DNA from: a virus
Taxonomy: Duplodnaviria; Caudoviricetes
Direction: 5' to 3' (one strand)
Virus record (IMG/VR): IMGVR_UViG_3300005613_000108
Coordinates: 1 to 47,725 of that record
Length of the DNA: 47,725 nt
The notes beneath the pieces were generated by a model that made no database searches, was not told where the DNA came from, and saw only the letters and a program-made list of their open reading frames with translations. This document shows, piece by piece, positions 45,390 to 47,725 of the stretch; the first letter of the stretch is position 1; each line of letters begins with the position of its first letter. A program made the position numbers and the translations under genes.

Positions 45390-46253
45390 ATGGGGATCAC
45401 GGAAATGACAACCTGCGTCAGCCACATGGTTGAAGATTTTTTGGGGCGTCACCCGGTATTGGCCTTACTCGACAAGAATGCCACCACGGGTTGCAACGGG
45501 GCCTATCTCATCGAGCCACTTGGTTGGGGCACTACCGCGCACATTCAGATCGCCTGGCATTGGCAACAGTTTTGTTGCGGGAAGAAGCTTCCCCTGCGCG
45601 TACTGAGCGCAAGAAAAGGCGAAGACATCGTGCGGGAGTTGCGGGCCATCGTTTACCGTGTGATGAAGAAGATACGAGACGAGTTTGTGTTTTCGGACTG
45701 GGGACTGTTGCAAACGGCCGCGGGGGCAAACCAAGCAGACTACGGCAGCCACAGCCACACGGACCTGCGAAACGCGCCACGGCACCAACATACGCCGACG
45801 CGGGCTACCTACCAGGCAGGGGATCAGCGAGGTTTACTGGATGCGATTTACCAGGCCACCCGCTCGTCCCAGCAATGTTTCGGCATCGCCTCGCATTCCG
45901 TCTGGAGTCTCCTGGTTGGCGACCAGCCAGTTGCATTCGCCTCGTGTTATGGCGTGGTAATCCGTCGCGGACCACCCGGAATGCCCACCGGCTCGCTGGT
46001 CATCCTCCCAGAACACGGGCCACGGATGAACTTCCTCACACACGATAAGTGGGTCACCCTCGAAATAGACAACGACCTGGACAACCGATCCAAAGCGATT
46101 CAGGCGGCGGCGTATGGAACCTGGATATTCGGCTCGCCGGGGGACTATTGCTACATCACACCCGCGAAAACATCCGACCCCCACGGCGGCTTCTCCCAAA
46201 AACTGGTTGCCGGACCCGATTCCACTCTCGGGGCCCCCGGCCCATACACTTGA
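45390..46253 (+). CDS. divergent paralogue of the major capsid protein
   Basis: RBS CAGGAG; by-eye colinear similarity to 17364-18455 across the whole protein (see findings). Confidence 0.65.
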   Translation: MGITEMTTCVSHMVEDFLGRHPVLALLDKNATTGCNGAYLIEPLGWGTTAHIQIAWHWQQFCCGKKLPLRVLSARKGEDIVRELRAIVYRVMKKIRDEFVFSDWGLLQTAAGANQADYGSHSHTDLRNAPRHQHTPTRATYQAGDQRGLLDAIYQATRSSQQCFGIASHSVWSLLVGDQPVAFASCYGVVIRRGPPGMPTGSLVILPEHGPRMNFLTHDKWVTLEIDNDLDNRSKAIQAAAYGTWIFGSPGDYCYITPAKTSDPHGGFSQKLVAGPDSTLGAPGPYT

Positions 46254-47036
46254 CCATTCGGACCCCCAGCCATAGACTTCAAGTATGAACAGTGCCTGCC
46301 CACTAAACAACGTCAATCTGGCCCGCCAGGGAAGCTGCTCGCAGGCACTGACCCTGGTGGGCCATTTCTTTGCGCTACACATATCTGCCCCCATCTCGCG
46401 AAGGGCAAAACGTATGGCTATCGGCGTGCAGGGCTCCGCGAGAGTACCACGGTAGCACGGGCATGGGCACCGTAGCCCCGACTCATGCCCCCTCCACTTA
46501 GACCGGTATAACTTGTACGGCGCAAGGGCTCCTGATTTGCACCCGTAACAAGGCCCTCGGTCGCTTCGGCTCGTTGGCTATCCTTCTTCCAGCCAACCGT
46601 CGTGGAGGTGTGAAGACAGCGACGTTAAATAAGTGGGGGGGAAGGCGTCTTGCGCAATCTCTCACATGAAGTGAATTGACACCCGCCACCTGTCACATGT
46701 CGGTTCGTCCAACATGGGGTCGTGTCCTCTCCTGTACCCCTCCCTGCTTTCCTCCTCTATCAGCTTACCTAGCTTACCACGCAGAATGCGCGAAAAGGGC
46801 GGGAAGCTAAATACAGGCAACGTGGACTGACGATGGGGGGCCTACCCCCTGGGTCGCGGTGTGTGGCTGTAACCCGTTGCATACCAAGCAGTTACGGCGA
46901 GTCACAATAACCGACCCGGTTTGCGGGCATCGGTGGGGCTACTTGTGAGCTATTCCGATACCCGCCACTCTCGCCCCTCCCCTTCCTGCTCATCATCTGT
47001 GCTATCGTGCCTGGTCTAGCGTCGTCGGTGTCGGCG

Positions 47037-47054
47037 TTTGACTACGTAGTCAAA
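47037..47054. promoter_or_regulatory. perfect 18-bp palindrome TTTGACTACGTAGTCAAA (operator-like)
   Basis: Self-complementary, in non-coding DNA about 60 bp upstream of a promoter candidate. Confidence 0.6.
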
Positions 47055-47113
47055 GCGTTGCGAGGTCTGGAGTTGTGTCGATTCCAGTCGCGCGGAATTC
47101 TTCGGCCCGATAG

Positions 47114-47141
47114 TTGTTTGCCTGGTCAATCGTGGTACAAT
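47114..47141 (+). promoter_or_regulatory. extended -10 promoter candidate
   Basis: TTGTTT-N16-TACAAT with TGn immediately before the -10. Confidence 0.55.
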
Positions 47142-47216
47142 GAGGGTGTGGAGGGCGTCGATTCCGGCCGTTTGGCTGGTGGCCCCCTCTAATCTCATGC
47201 ATGGGAGTGCAATACA

Positions 47217-47725
47217 ATGAAGAGAGTTGACAATTCGACGAAGGTGCAGGGCAAGGCCAACACGCCGCAAGCGCGGTACGAGGCCCACAAGGCCGAGTAT
47301 TGCAAGGCGTGCACGGAGCACGCCAAGGGCGAGATCAACGCCACAAGGTCGTGGGCAGAGCATGCCTATGGCGGGCTGGCTGATGCTTACGCTTCAATGC
47401 CCAGAGGCGGCGATTTCACAAGCGCGCGGCGTGCCGTGCTGGCGGACTTCACAAACGCATCCGGCCGTAAAAACGTCAACCGTGATGTGAAAATGGGCCG
47501 TTTGCTGGAGTGGTGCAAAGCGGAGTCGATTGACCCGTGGTTGACCGACGTGAAGGCACTGCAAGGCGTTTTGGGGTTGTTCGTGTTCGACGCCAAAAAC
47601 GGCGAGTATGCTATCGACGGCAACCACGCGCAGAAGCTCCGGGAGTGGTTCGGCAGCACGGAGAGGACAACCAAGACAGCTGCCGCGCTGGCGACGGAGT
47701 GCGGCAAGAAGCGCGCGTCCAAGTC
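47217..47725 (+). CDS. partial hypothetical protein, runs off the window
   Basis: Not in the ORF track. RBS GGGAG, ATG 47217, frame open to the end (MKRVDNSTKVQGKANTPQARYEAHK...). Confidence 0.65.
   Translation, partial: MKRVDNSTKVQGKANTPQARYEAHKAEYCKACTEHAKGEINATRSWAEHAYGGLADAYASMPRGGDFTSARRAVLADFTNASGRKNVNRDVKMGRLLEWCKAESIDPWLTDVKALQGVLGLFVFDAKNGEYAIDGNHAQKLREWFGSTERTTKTAAALATECGKKRASK

Noticed and set aside
45834-46394. 186-aa minus-strand ORF
   Set aside because: Antisense to the capsid-like gene, which has a good RBS and colinear similarity to the MCP.
1-47725. CRISPR array, diversity-generating retroelement or retron
   Set aside because: No regularly spaced repeat-spacer array and no reverse-transcriptase motifs seen; the repeats found are coding or short.

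Overview
This window is most of the genome of a temperate tailed phage (Caudoviricetes). The host is probably a Planctomycetota bacterium, inferred from csrA, a planctomycete-type 66-aa protein and a secreted thioredoxin-fold protein. Almost all genes are on the minus strand and tile with ATGA/GTGA overlaps under code 11. In transcription order (right to left) the window holds: an XRE/HTH regulator and tyrosine integrase beside a tRNA-Met 3' fragment that looks like attP; a terminator and a sigma54-type promoter; a non-canonical tRNA-like RNA and tRNA-Trp; csrA; recombination, replication and modification genes (SbcC-like ATPase, YqaJ exonuclease, Dam methylase, SF2 helicase, HNH-like protein, RusA, PAPS-reductase family); many tiny ORFs; an 8.2-kb, nine-gene glycosyltransferase/methyltransferase/radical-SAM cluster; scaffold, major capsid protein (MCP), cement, TerS, TerL and portal; a putative lysis cassette; and neck/tail genes running off the left edge. 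The most striking items are (1) a plus-strand gene next to attP that aligns by eye along its length with the phage's own MCP but lacks the E-loop region, (2) the soluble glycan-building cluster abutting the head genes, and (3) a 117-nt tRNA-like RNA with an abnormal anticodon loop and a two-hairpin extra arm. All family assignments come from motif recognition by eye; no database searches were run.
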